A stretch of 64,000 bases of DNA from Candidatus Spyradenecus sp. (GTDB taxonomy: Bacteria; Verrucomicrobiota; Verrucomicrobiia; Opitutales; UBA953). The stretch lies in the NCBI GenBank assembly GCA_045535075.1, contig JAZSKX010000007.1:32001-96000 (forward strand), given 5' to 3'. The notes under the pieces were generated by a model that worked only from the letters and a program-made list of their open reading frames with translations, had not been told where the DNA came from and searched no databases. This document shows, piece after piece, positions 1 through 7,824 of the stretch (its first letter is position 1; each line of letters starts with the position of its first letter). A program made the translations under genes and the position numbers.

Positions 1-172
1 GCTTGCGTGGCGCCTCGCTGAGCGCCAAAACGTTAATGATCGCGTCCGCCGCGCTTACGATATGGAGCTCGTACGCAGTCGGGAGGCGTACTTTCGTCAC
101 CTCTCCGGGAAGGAACGTTTGTCCAAAGTTCCGAGGGTGGACCCGACCTGGTGAGTGGTTGCGTTTGTTCAT
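1..172 (-). CDS. Hypothetical protein, partial (runs off window edge)
   Basis: ATG at 172 overlaps the stop of 169..501 (ATGA coupling); open frame MNKRNHSPGRVHPRNFGQTFLPGEVTKVRLP... to position 1. Confidence 0.55.
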   Translation of the reverse strand, partial: MNKRNHSPGRVHPRNFGQTFLPGEVTKVRLPTAYELHIVSAADAIINVLALSEAPRK

Positions 173-501
173 GACGCGAGGAAGATGAGCGTGAAAAAGT
201 AGGTGAGAAAGATCGCGGCAAGGACAGTCCCACCGATGAGGATTGGCTTCCAAAACTTCAAGTCTTGTTCGGCCGACTCCGCGTTGTCGCCGGCCGCGGC
301 TTCGTGTTTGGTTGGTGTCGGCTCGGGTTTGGTCGACCGGACGCAGCCAAAAAGCGCCTGCGCCTCCATGATCGTGCTAAAGTATTCAATTTGCGTTTTT
401 TGGTGGGCGATTGCCGTCTTCATTGCGCGGACAGTTTCCTCGGGGAGGATGTACTGTTCGATTTCTTTAATGCTTGTACTGTGTAACGGTTGCTTGATCA
501 T
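169..501 (-). CDS. Hypothetical protein with C-terminal TM helix
   Basis: 110 aa ORF, hydrophobic C-terminus ILIGGTVLAAIFLTYFFTLIFLAS. Confidence 0.65.
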   Translation of the reverse strand: MIKQPLHSTSIKEIEQYILPEETVRAMKTAIAHQKTQIEYFSTIMEAQALFGCVRSTKPEPTPTKHEAAAGDNAESAEQDLKFWKPILIGGTVLAAIFLTYFFTLIFLAS

Positions 502-513
502 GTGGTTTTAGGG

Positions 514-624
514 TTAAATCACCTCACAGAAGATTACGCTCGCCGCGAAAATGCAGATGGCGGCGGCCAAAAGGAAAAATGCGACGCGGTCTTCGCGGGC
601 GGAGTTTGTTGTTTCGGTGTCCAT
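514..624 (-). CDS. Small membrane peptide (36 aa)
   Basis: Read by hand: MDTETTNSAREDRVAFFLLAAAICIFAASVIFCEVI*; fits leftward operon, A-rich leader. Confidence 0.5.
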   Translation of the reverse strand: MDTETTNSAREDRVAFFLLAAAICIFAASVIFCEVI

Positions 625-688
625 TGTTGATTGAGATTTTTTTGTTTATGAAAAATGGTTCGTAGAGGTTAAAACGTTCCTTCCATCA

Positions 689-772
689 CATAGGCGCGCG
701 TCCAGTCACAATCCATTGTGTTTACGCCCAAAAAACGATAACGTTCCGTCTCGCATAGGCGCGCGTCCAGTC
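689..772. repeat. 19-bp direct repeat CATAGGCGCGCGTCCAGTC (689-707 and 754-772)
   Basis: Exact match seen, with partly similar flanks (AACGTTCC upstream of both). Confidence 0.9.
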
Positions 773-1054
773 GCACTGTTCGCCGCAGGCGATGAGGGCT
801 TCTTTTTCTTCGTCGCTGAGTTCGTCCCAGCCGTCGACGTACGGAAACTCAATCGTGACGCAGACTGTTCCGTCTTCGGCTTCCGCGCCCGCCCTCGCGA
901 AGTAAACCGCGTTGCCGTTTTCGTCGTTATCGCAAAAAACGGAGCTATAGTTTGCGACAAAGTCGACGCCGCAGAGGCTAAACTGCCCGTCGTCGATTTC
1001 GACTTCGGTGCGGTGCTTGTGGTTAAGTGTTTCGATAATGGTATTGGTGGTCAT
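722..1054 (-). CDS. Hypothetical acidic phage-like protein
   Basis: 110 aa ORF, first gene of leftward unit after AT-rich intergenic region. Confidence 0.65.
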   Translation of the reverse strand: MTTNTIIETLNHKHRTEVEIDDGQFSLCGVDFVANYSSVFCDNDENGNAVYFARAGAEAEDGTVCVTIEFPYVDGWDELSDEEKEALIACGEQCDWTRAYARRNVIVFWA

Positions 1055-1248
1055 GGTGTTTTTGGCTTATTGGGTTATTTAATATGCCACTATTAACGCT
1101 CAGCTTATTAAATAAGTCAACAAGTTTTTTTAAAAATTGTAAAAATTTTTCCGTGCGTGCGACTGCGGTTTGTCAAAATAAACTTTTGATTTTTCGGAAA
1201 AAGTAGTAGGCTTTGCTCAAATCCGCATAAACAAAAGGCTAGCGGCGA

Positions 1249-1791
1249 ATGAAACGCGCAAAAACACAACAAAAAAAAGAGAAAAGCAAAAACGACACAG
1301 CGTCGTTTTTGTTGTCTGCTTGCGAAAAAAGGACTGTGTTGCTAGGCGTCCAGGTTGATCCATCGTTGGTTTCGCTCGTCGAATCTGCTGCTCGCCTTGC
1401 GGGAACGACAAAGTCCAATTTTGTTCGTTTGGCAGTTGTTAAAGCCTTACGCGAAGCCGGTTTTGCTGTTGATGATGCGGATGCGGTGTCTTATCAGGGC
1501 AAGCAGTCTTTGCCTAAGGCAGAGCTCTCTGCGCGTGCTGCGGGCGCGCGGGCGGTGCGCGACTCAAAGACGCCGGGAACGCCGGAAAATGCGCGCAGAA
1601 TGGCGCTTTTGGCGGCGGGATACGCCGAAGATGCGGTCGCGGCTTACCTCTACGCCAAAGCGCGCGCAGAAAAAACGGCCGGGCGCGCCCTCACGCCCGC
1701 CGAAGATGAAGAATTTATCACATCGGCGGCAGCCCGCGCCGCCGAAGTAAGTAACCCATGGGGCGCAGGCCCTCCGAATATCAATATTTAA
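1249..1791 (+). CDS. Putative ribbon-helix-helix (CopG-like) DNA-binding protein; start uncertain
   Basis: LLGVQVDPSLVSLVESAARLAGTTKSNFVRLAVVKAL resembles the RHH beta-alpha-alpha pattern. Confidence 0.55.
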   Translation: MKRAKTQQKKEKSKNDTASFLLSACEKRTVLLGVQVDPSLVSLVESAARLAGTTKSNFVRLAVVKALREAGFAVDDADAVSYQGKQSLPKAELSARAAGARAVRDSKTPGTPENARRMALLAAGYAEDAVAAYLYAKARAEKTAGRALTPAEDEEFITSAAARAAEVSNPWGAGPPNINI

Positions 1792-1792
1792 G

Positions 1793-2095
1793 GTGGCGAC
1801 GAATTGGCTGTTAAGGTGTCCGTGGTGTGCGGCTGTTGTTGTTGAGGGGCTTGGTATTCGCGATTACGGGCGAAAGTGTGTCTGTCGCGAATGCGGGAAA
1901 AAACTGGTAGTGCCAAATCCGTGGCAAGGGCGAGACTATGAGGCGCGAAAAGTCTTAGTCGAGAAGATTAAAGACGCGCTTTTGCCGCGCGGCGAGGCGG
2001 TTTTACAGCGTCGTCGTCGCTTGGTGCGAGCGCTTTTGTATGGCGTTGAAAGCGAGGCGGTGCTGACGCTCGTGGCAGATTCTCGACGCTGTTAA
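1793..2095 (+). CDS. Zinc-ribbon hypothetical protein
   Basis: CPWC...CREC motif, GTG start directly after upstream stop. Confidence 0.5.
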   Translation: MATNWLLRCPWCAAVVVEGLGIRDYGRKCVCRECGKKLVVPNPWQGRDYEARKVLVEKIKDALLPRGEAVLQRRRRLVRALLYGVESEAVLTLVADSRRC

Positions 2096-2123
2096 CACGG
2101 CGGCGGCTTCGCTTAGCGACAAA

Positions 2124-2603
2124 ATGTGCAACCTTGGGCACTCCGTCGATATGGCAAGCCTCGGCATTCAGAGCAAGATTGCTGATTGCTGCTGCTCGAC
2201 GAAACAGGTGATCGCGGAAGGCTTCTGCGGGGTGGACAAGTCCATTCTTCAGCAAACCAACACGATTCAAGCCGGTTTCACTCAGCTTGGATTCCAGCAG
2301 GAGCGTAATTTCGCCGCTGTGCTTCAGGCCATCAAAGACGAGGGCAATGCGACCCGTTCGCAAGCTCAAGAGTTCCAGACGGCGAACCTTCTCGCGCACA
2401 AAGACGAGATTATTCAAAATCAAAAGGAACGCATCGGCGACCTGCTCACGACGGCGCAAACGAGCGTCTTGCTCAACAACAACGCGCAGCAAAGCAACGC
2501 CATCACGACGGCGTTTAACTCGATTAGTGCGTCGCTTGCAGCCATCTTGGCGCGCCTTCCGGCAACAACCGTTACCGGGGCAGCTAGCGCGGCGACTGCC
2601 TAG
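2124..2603 (+). CDS. Phage-associated coiled-coil protein with Cys-triplet motif, probably 5'-truncated
   Basis: IADCCCSTKQVIAEGFCGVDKSILQQTN resembles a hypothetical family common in gut prophages; frame stays open upstream of the ATG to a TGA at 2064. Confidence 0.6.
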   Translation: MCNLGHSVDMASLGIQSKIADCCCSTKQVIAEGFCGVDKSILQQTNTIQAGFTQLGFQQERNFAAVLQAIKDEGNATRSQAQEFQTANLLAHKDEIIQNQKERIGDLLTTAQTSVLLNNNAQQSNAITTAFNSISASLAAILARLPATTVTGAASAATA

Positions 2604-2670
2604 CGATCCTTCCTTGCGGGTTCGGGGTTTTCCGGGCCCGCAAGGGTAAACGTTTAAGCGAAAGGATAGT

Positions 2671-3120
2671 ATGAAAAAAGTTCATGCGCAAAAGCTCATT
2701 GGGCATTTTGATAAAGGAGCGCTTACGGATGTTTGCGAAGTCTTAGGCGACAACTACGACGAAATTCTCGCGTTTAGCACGGGGCGCCGCGTTCAGGTTC
2801 GCGACTCGCGTACCGGATCGTGGCAAAATGCCGGCGATAACCCTGATTTTGATAATGACAACAAAGAGTTTCGCGTTCACCCCGACGATTCTCATGTTGC
2901 GTTTTTCTACGTGGATTCCGACGGTTGCGTTGCTGCGAAAGTCGGCGACGTTGCCCCTGACGATCCTCATAAAAAGGCGGGCAATTATTTTTCGGACTTT
3001 AAGACTGCCCACAAGGCAGCCAAGGAAGTCAAGCGCGCTTGGCGCTGCAAAAAAGGTTTCGACGTCTCGAAGATGCTTGAGGTTTTTGGCCTCCAAAAAG
3101 TCGACGAGGACGACGATTAA
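2671..3120 (+). CDS. Phage hypothetical protein
   Basis: AFSTGRRVQVR...W...PDF...EFRVHP and GNYFSDFKTAHKAA resemble recurrent phage hypothetical-protein motifs; AAGGA upstream. Confidence 0.65.
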   Translation: MKKVHAQKLIGHFDKGALTDVCEVLGDNYDEILAFSTGRRVQVRDSRTGSWQNAGDNPDFDNDNKEFRVHPDDSHVAFFYVDSDGCVAAKVGDVAPDDPHKKAGNYFSDFKTAHKAAKEVKRAWRCKKGFDVSKMLEVFGLQKVDEDDD

Positions 3121-3147
3121 GAAATAATACAATAATTCCTCCTAAAA

Positions 3148-3178
3148 GAGCCTCTCGGGATTTAATCCTGAGAGGCTC
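3148..3178 (+). terminator. Hairpin after last element gene
   Basis: GAGCCTCTCGGGA-TTTAA-TCCTGAGAGGCTC stem-loop. Confidence 0.65.
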
Positions 3179-3181
3179 GTC

Positions 3182-3300
3182 TTTCTCAAACCTGCGATTT
3201 TATTTCTTAAACTATATTTCCCAAATTCTCGAAAGACGCCTCTACTTTCTTATTTCTCAAACTTCTGATTTTTATTTCTCAAACTTGATGCGCGGTTACA
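3182..3300. repeat. Array of TATTTCTCAAAC-like sites plus terminal ACA (transposon-end-like)
   Basis: Copies at 3182, 3201, 3215 (degenerate), 3251 and 3273; reverse strand reads TGTAACCG then AAGTTTGAGAAATA twice, 22 bp apart. Confidence 0.75.
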
Positions 3301-3337
3301 TCGGAATGATACAGCAACGGAAAGAATATGAATATAA

Positions 3338-4024
3338 TTATGGGAGAGGGGAATAAGCTTCAAAAAAAGGCGGCGGAGGGCTTTCGATTTCGATGAGTTT
3401 TCCCGTGCGCGGGTGCGGGAACGCGATTTTCCAGGCGTGAAGCGCCAAGCGTTCGGCGCGAATTTTGCCGTACATTTTATCTCCCAAAACGGCGTGCCCG
3501 ATTTCGGAGAATTGGACGCGGATTTGGTTTTTTCTTCCCGTAATTAATTCGGCACAAACGCAGGTTTCTTTTTTACTGCGGGATAAAACGCGATAGCGCG
3601 TTTGCGCCAATTTACCGTCGCGCGGATTTTTTACGGAAAAAACGCGATAATTTTCATCTTGGGTCAGGTAAGATTCGAGAACTCCTTCTTCGTTCGGGAG
3701 TTTTCCCGCGACGACGGCGAGATAAAGCTTTTTCACGGCATTCCAATCGTCGTGCATGCGTTCCCGCAGAGCAAGGGACTTTGCAAAAACGAGAATTCCG
3801 CTGGTTTCACGATCGAGGCGATTGACGGCAAAAAGTTCTTTGCGCGACTTGCTTTGTCCCTTTCGTATGAAATGCGTCATCAGCGAAAGCGCGTTTTTGT
3901 CGGGTTCGTAACGTGCGGGAACGCTGAGAAGCCCGCAGGGTTTTTCAATGATGAGCAAATCGGCATCTTCGAAAAGAATGCGTACGCCGCGCGGCAGAAA
4001 TTTTTCCGGAGGATTCTTTGCCAT
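3338..4024 (-). CDS. RluA-family pseudouridine synthase
   Basis: EKPCGLLS, NRLDRETSG (catalytic Asp), TGRKNQIRVQ, LHAWKIAFPHP motifs. Confidence 0.93.
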   Translation of the reverse strand: MAKNPPEKFLPRGVRILFEDADLLIIEKPCGLLSVPARYEPDKNALSLMTHFIRKGQSKSRKELFAVNRLDRETSGILVFAKSLALRERMHDDWNAVKKLYLAVVAGKLPNEEGVLESYLTQDENYRVFSVKNPRDGKLAQTRYRVLSRSKKETCVCAELITGRKNQIRVQFSEIGHAVLGDKMYGKIRAERLALHAWKIAFPHPRTGKLIEIESPPPPFFEAYSPLP

Positions 4025-4033
4025 GAAAATTTT

Positions 4034-5320
4034 CTAGGCGTAGAGCCAATATTTTTTGATTCGGATTTGAAAAAGCCGTGCTTGCTTGTCCCAAAGATCG
4101 TACCAGGCTCGGATATTGATTTTTGCGCCGTCGCGGGCAAGGGCGTTGAAAAACGCTTCGGAGCCGACATGCTTGATAAAAAGTTCGCGCTCATTTTTTT
4201 TCAGCGCGGCAAACGGATTCGATCCGCTCCACACACAGGCTTGGCGCATCAGATGAAAACTGATTTCGCACGGGCGCAGAGCATTCCAATTCGATATGCC
4301 GAGGTAAGCGCCTTCGCGGTTTCCGACATCGCGCGGGAGCGCCGTCAGCCCGCGGATAAAATAACTATTGATTGTCGCGACCAGCGTTTTGGCGTTTTTC
4401 TTCGGGAACGTAATCCAGCGAAACGGGAAAGTCAGCTTGCCGTCGGCGGCGCGGTGGGTGTGGGCAAATCCGCCTGCCTGCGTTCCCAAGCCGCTCATGG
4501 CGTAGCCTTCGACGGCTTCCGGAGAATTGATGTAGGGCGAGGTCGGAATCCACTTTAGCCCGGTGTCTTGCCAACGCATCGAGCGCGTCCAACCTTTCAT
4601 TTTGACGACATCGACTCGCCCGCGGGAACGCGCATTTTTTGTCAGCGTCAGCCAGTTTTCCCGCGTGGCGGCGATTGCGAGTTCACCGATAGTGAGTCCG
4701 TGAACGTAAGGCACGGGATACATGCCGACGTAGCTTTGCCATTTGTCGTCGAGCATCGGACCGTCTACTTTGAGCCCGCCGAGCGGATTCGGGCGGTCGA
4801 GTACGAGCACGGGAATCCCTGCGTCAAAACAGGCTTCGAGCACATAGCGCATGCACGAAACGTAAGTGTAGCTACGGGAGCCGATATCCTGCAAATCAAT
4901 CACCATGCAGTCCAATCCGATCAGCATTTCCCGAGTCGGCTTGCGTGTCTTGCCGTAAAGCGAAAAAACCGGAAGCTTTGTCTTTGAGTCGATTTGATTT
5001 TGAACGATTTTTTCGGCGGGAACGTTGCCGTAAATGCCGTGTTCCGGACCGAAGAGTTTGACGAGCTTGACACCCGCTCTGCGGCCGCGTGTATGCAGAA
5101 CCTGAATCGTGCTTTCGCCGCGGGAATTGACGCCCGCCTGGTTGGTGACCAATCCGACGCGTTTTCCGCGGAGACGTTTGAATTTTTCCGCCTCAAGCAC
5201 ATCGATTCCGAGTTTTATTTTCGGTGAAGATGCCGTTCCCGCGGCGTTCATAAAAATCCCGCCGAGTGCAAGCCCTGCACCGGCAAGTAGGGAGATTTTT
5301 ATGAAATTACGACGATCCAC
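4034..5320 (-). CDS. DUF1343 / NamZ-family exo-beta-N-acetylmuramidase with Tat-like signal
   Basis: GLVTNQ, LFGPEHG, DLQDIGSRSYTY, LDRPNPLGG, WIPTSPYI; N-terminal RRNFIK. Confidence 0.88.
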   Translation of the reverse strand: MDRRNFIKISLLAGAGLALGGIFMNAAGTASSPKIKLGIDVLEAEKFKRLRGKRVGLVTNQAGVNSRGESTIQVLHTRGRRAGVKLVKLFGPEHGIYGNVPAEKIVQNQIDSKTKLPVFSLYGKTRKPTREMLIGLDCMVIDLQDIGSRSYTYVSCMRYVLEACFDAGIPVLVLDRPNPLGGLKVDGPMLDDKWQSYVGMYPVPYVHGLTIGELAIAATRENWLTLTKNARSRGRVDVVKMKGWTRSMRWQDTGLKWIPTSPYINSPEAVEGYAMSGLGTQAGGFAHTHRAADGKLTFPFRWITFPKKNAKTLVATINSYFIRGLTALPRDVGNREGAYLGISNWNALRPCEISFHLMRQACVWSGSNPFAALKKNERELFIKHVGSEAFFNALARDGAKINIRAWYDLWDKQARLFQIRIKKYWLYA

Positions 5321-5344
5321 GGGAAGAGATTAAGATTAGAGGAA

Positions 5345-5434
5345 GAGAGTTGAATGTTTTAGAGGTAAATGCGTTTGCCTACGGCAGGAAGGCCGTCGAA
5401 ATATTTTCCGGAAATACCTTTAAACTCACAACTC
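5345..5434. repeat. Intergenic palindromic REP-like element related to the one at about 21.0 kb
   Basis: Outer imperfect IR GAGTTG..TTTAGAGGTA / TACCTTTAAAC..CAACTC, inner hairpin TGCCTACGGCA. Confidence 0.6.
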
Positions 5435-5453
5435 CCGTTTGCTTGCTTTCTTT

Positions 5454-6443
5454 TTATAGCAATTCCGCGCGGAGCTCGGCACCGGATTTCGGCGAAAGCC
5501 ACGCGGGAGCGATGTCGAAAACCGTGTAAGCGCCTTTGCCTCCGTGCGCAGCCAAGCGCATTGCCGCGCGCGCGTAGGCGACGAGCACGCTCGCCGTGAA
5601 TTCCGGATTCGAGCCGAGCTTGATGCCGTATTCGACCACGTGTTGCGTTTCGCCGTTCACGCCCGTTGCGCCGCTACGCAAAACGAATCCGCCGTGCGGA
5701 ATGCCCGCGTGATCGCGGTCGAGTTCCTCCTGCGAGATAAAATGCACGGTCGTGTCGTAGTCGGCAAAATAATTCGGCATCGTCTTAATTTCGTTTTCGA
5801 TGCGGGCTAAATCCGCTCCGGGCTTGGCGACGACGAAGCATTCGCGCGTGTGTTTCTGGCGCGTGGAAAGCTCCGGATTTTTCCCGGCGCGCACGGCGTC
5901 GAGCGCGTCCTGCACGGGAACGGTGTATTGCTTGCCGTCGGCAACGCCTTCAACGCGGCGAATCGCGTCCGAGTGCCCTTGGCTGACGCCTTTTCCCCAG
6001 AACGTGTAATCTTTTCCTTGCGGGAGCAGGGCGTTCCCGTAAAGGCGATTCAGAGAAAACATGCCCGGATCCCAACCGACGGAGATGATTCCGACCGTTC
6101 CTGCGGTTTTTGCGGCGGCATCAACCGCGGCGAAGTGCTCCGGAATTTTTGCGTGCGTATCGAAGCTGTCGATACAATTAAATTTTGCGACGCATTCCGG
6201 CGTTTGCTTCGGGAGGTCCGTTGCGCTCCCGCCGCAGAGAATCATCACGTCGATTTTCCCGACGAAATCGTTCATCGCATCGAGGGCGAAAACTTTCGTT
6301 CCCGCGAGAGCCGGCTTTACGTTTGCCGGATTGCGGCGGGAGAATACGCCGACGAGGTCCATATCGTCGTTTTGGGCGACCGCGAGTTCGACGCCGCGGC
6401 CGAGATTTCCGTAACCTAAGATTCCGATTTTGATTTTTTGCAT
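5454..6443 (-). CDS. ddh: meso-diaminopimelate dehydrogenase
   Basis: GYGNLG, CGGSATDLP, DSFDTH, GWDPG, FWGKGVSQGHSDAIRR, NPEFT. Confidence 0.96.
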   Translation of the reverse strand: MQKIKIGILGYGNLGRGVELAVAQNDDMDLVGVFSRRNPANVKPALAGTKVFALDAMNDFVGKIDVMILCGGSATDLPKQTPECVAKFNCIDSFDTHAKIPEHFAAVDAAAKTAGTVGIISVGWDPGMFSLNRLYGNALLPQGKDYTFWGKGVSQGHSDAIRRVEGVADGKQYTVPVQDALDAVRAGKNPELSTRQKHTRECFVVAKPGADLARIENEIKTMPNYFADYDTTVHFISQEELDRDHAGIPHGGFVLRSGATGVNGETQHVVEYGIKLGSNPEFTASVLVAYARAAMRLAAHGGKGAYTVFDIAPAWLSPKSGAELRAELL

Positions 6444-6455
6444 AGGTGTAAATTT

Positions 6456-7745
6456 TTATTGCGCTTGAAAAACGATTTTTCCGCGAACGAGCGTCGCTTC
6501 GACTTTACCGCGAAGCGTGCGTCCGGCGAACGGCGTGTTGCGGGAGCGGGAGACGAATTTTTCGGGTTCAACCGTCCAAGCGGTATTCGGGTCAAAAATC
6601 GTAATATCCGCATCGGCGCCGACGGAAAGCGTTCCCGCAGGAATGCCGACGATGCGCGCGGGTGCGACGGTGAGTTTTTCGATGACGGCGGAAAGCGTCA
6701 TCGCTCCGCTGTGATAAAGCGCTTCGAGCGAGGCGGCGAGCGCCGTTTCGAGGTTAATTGCTCCGAACGGTGCGTAATCGAATTCGCAATCTTTTTCCGT
6801 CGGAGTACGCGGCGAATGATCGCTCGCGATGGCATCAATTGTTCCGTCCTTAAGCGCTTCGATGAGAGCGAGCCGGTCTTTTTCGGCGCGGAGGGGCGGA
6901 TTGATTTTTTTGTCCGTGTCGTAGTTGCCGACATCGTTGTCCGTCAACAAAAGGTGACTCGGGGAAACTTCCGCGGAAACGCGCACGTCGTGCTTTTTGG
7001 CGTCGCGAATCAAATCGACTGCTCGGAATGAGCTGACATGCTGAATGTGAAGCTTGGCGCTTGTGAGGCGGGAAAGCAATGTATCGCTGGCGACGACGAT
7101 ATCTTCCGAGGCGCGCGGCATCCCGCGAAGTCCGAGTCGCAGGCTTTTTTCGCCTTCGTGCATGACTCCGTTTTTCGACATACTTGAGTCTTGGCAGTGG
7201 TCAAAAATCGGCAGATCGAACATTGAAGAATATTCGAGCGCGCGGCGCATGATTTCGTTGTTGGCGACGCCGCCGACGGAATCGGAAATCGCGACGCAAC
7301 CGGCTTTTTTTAACGCCCCGATGGGGGCGAGTTGCTCGCCGTTCCCGCCGAGCGTGATGTTGCCGACGGGAAGGACATTGACTACGGCATCTTTTTCTGC
7401 GAGCTCTTTGACGAGGCGCACCGTTCCCGCGTTATCACAGACGATTTTTTCGTCAGGCGTGCAAAGCACCGTGGAGAATCCTCCGGCGGCGGCGGCGGCG
7501 GTTCCCGAAGCGATGGTTTCGCGGGCGGTTTTCCCCGGCTGGTAAAGGTGGGCGTTCAAGTCGACAAAGCCCGGTGCGACGACTTTGCCTGTGGCATCGA
7601 TAATTAAAGCTTCGGCGCTTTGTTCCGGCGTAAGCGCGGGAACGATTTTCCCGTTGGCGATAGCAATTTCTCCGACGCTTTCGCGTCCGTTGGCGGGATC
7701 GATCACCAATCCGTTTTTGATTAACACATAGAAATCAGCGCTCAT
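6456..7745 (-). CDS. pyrC: Dihydroorotase-like protein (class I), possibly inactive
   Basis: APGFVD, ETIASGTAAAAAGGF, KINPPLR, DAIASDH, SRSRNTPF; metal motif reads DLNAHLY. Confidence 0.85.
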   Translation of the reverse strand: MSADFYVLIKNGLVIDPANGRESVGEIAIANGKIVPALTPEQSAEALIIDATGKVVAPGFVDLNAHLYQPGKTARETIASGTAAAAAGGFSTVLCTPDEKIVCDNAGTVRLVKELAEKDAVVNVLPVGNITLGGNGEQLAPIGALKKAGCVAISDSVGGVANNEIMRRALEYSSMFDLPIFDHCQDSSMSKNGVMHEGEKSLRLGLRGMPRASEDIVVASDTLLSRLTSAKLHIQHVSSFRAVDLIRDAKKHDVRVSAEVSPSHLLLTDNDVGNYDTDKKINPPLRAEKDRLALIEALKDGTIDAIASDHSPRTPTEKDCEFDYAPFGAINLETALAASLEALYHSGAMTLSAVIEKLTVAPARIVGIPAGTLSVGADADITIFDPNTAWTVEPEKFVSRSRNTPFAGRTLRGKVEATLVRGKIVFQAQ

Positions 7746-7782
7746 AATTTTCGAAAATTCTAATGCGTGAATATGATAAAAG

Positions 7783-7816
7783 AAAACCTCTAAAAATCGA
7801 AATTTTCAGAGGTTTT
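7783..7816 (-). terminator. Intrinsic terminator-like hairpin
   Basis: AAAACCTCTAAAAAT-CGAA-ATTTTCAGAGGTTTT just downstream of 7825..8355. Confidence 0.6.
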
Positions 7817-7824
7817 TGAGAAGT

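Larger units (their letters stand above)
1..3300. mobile_element. End of an integrated prophage-like / transposable element (other end outside window)
   Basis: Cluster of short hypothetical ORFs with phage-type motifs; only one exact GCGGGAAC copy in 3.3 kb; ends in a repeat array plus terminal ACA at 3300; housekeeping genes resume at 3338. Confidence 0.7.

Noticed and set aside
689..772. Diversity-generating retroelement TR/VR pair
   Set aside because: Too short, mismatches are not adenine-specific, and no reverse transcriptase is in the window.
2064..2066. TGA recoding in the phage-like region
   Set aside because: The sequence upstream of this TGA does not look like a continuation, and TGA is used as a normal coupled stop at 169-171.
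3182..3290. CRISPR array
   Set aside because: Repeats are only 12-14 bp with 2-25 bp gaps, no spacer-length unique sequences and no cas genes.
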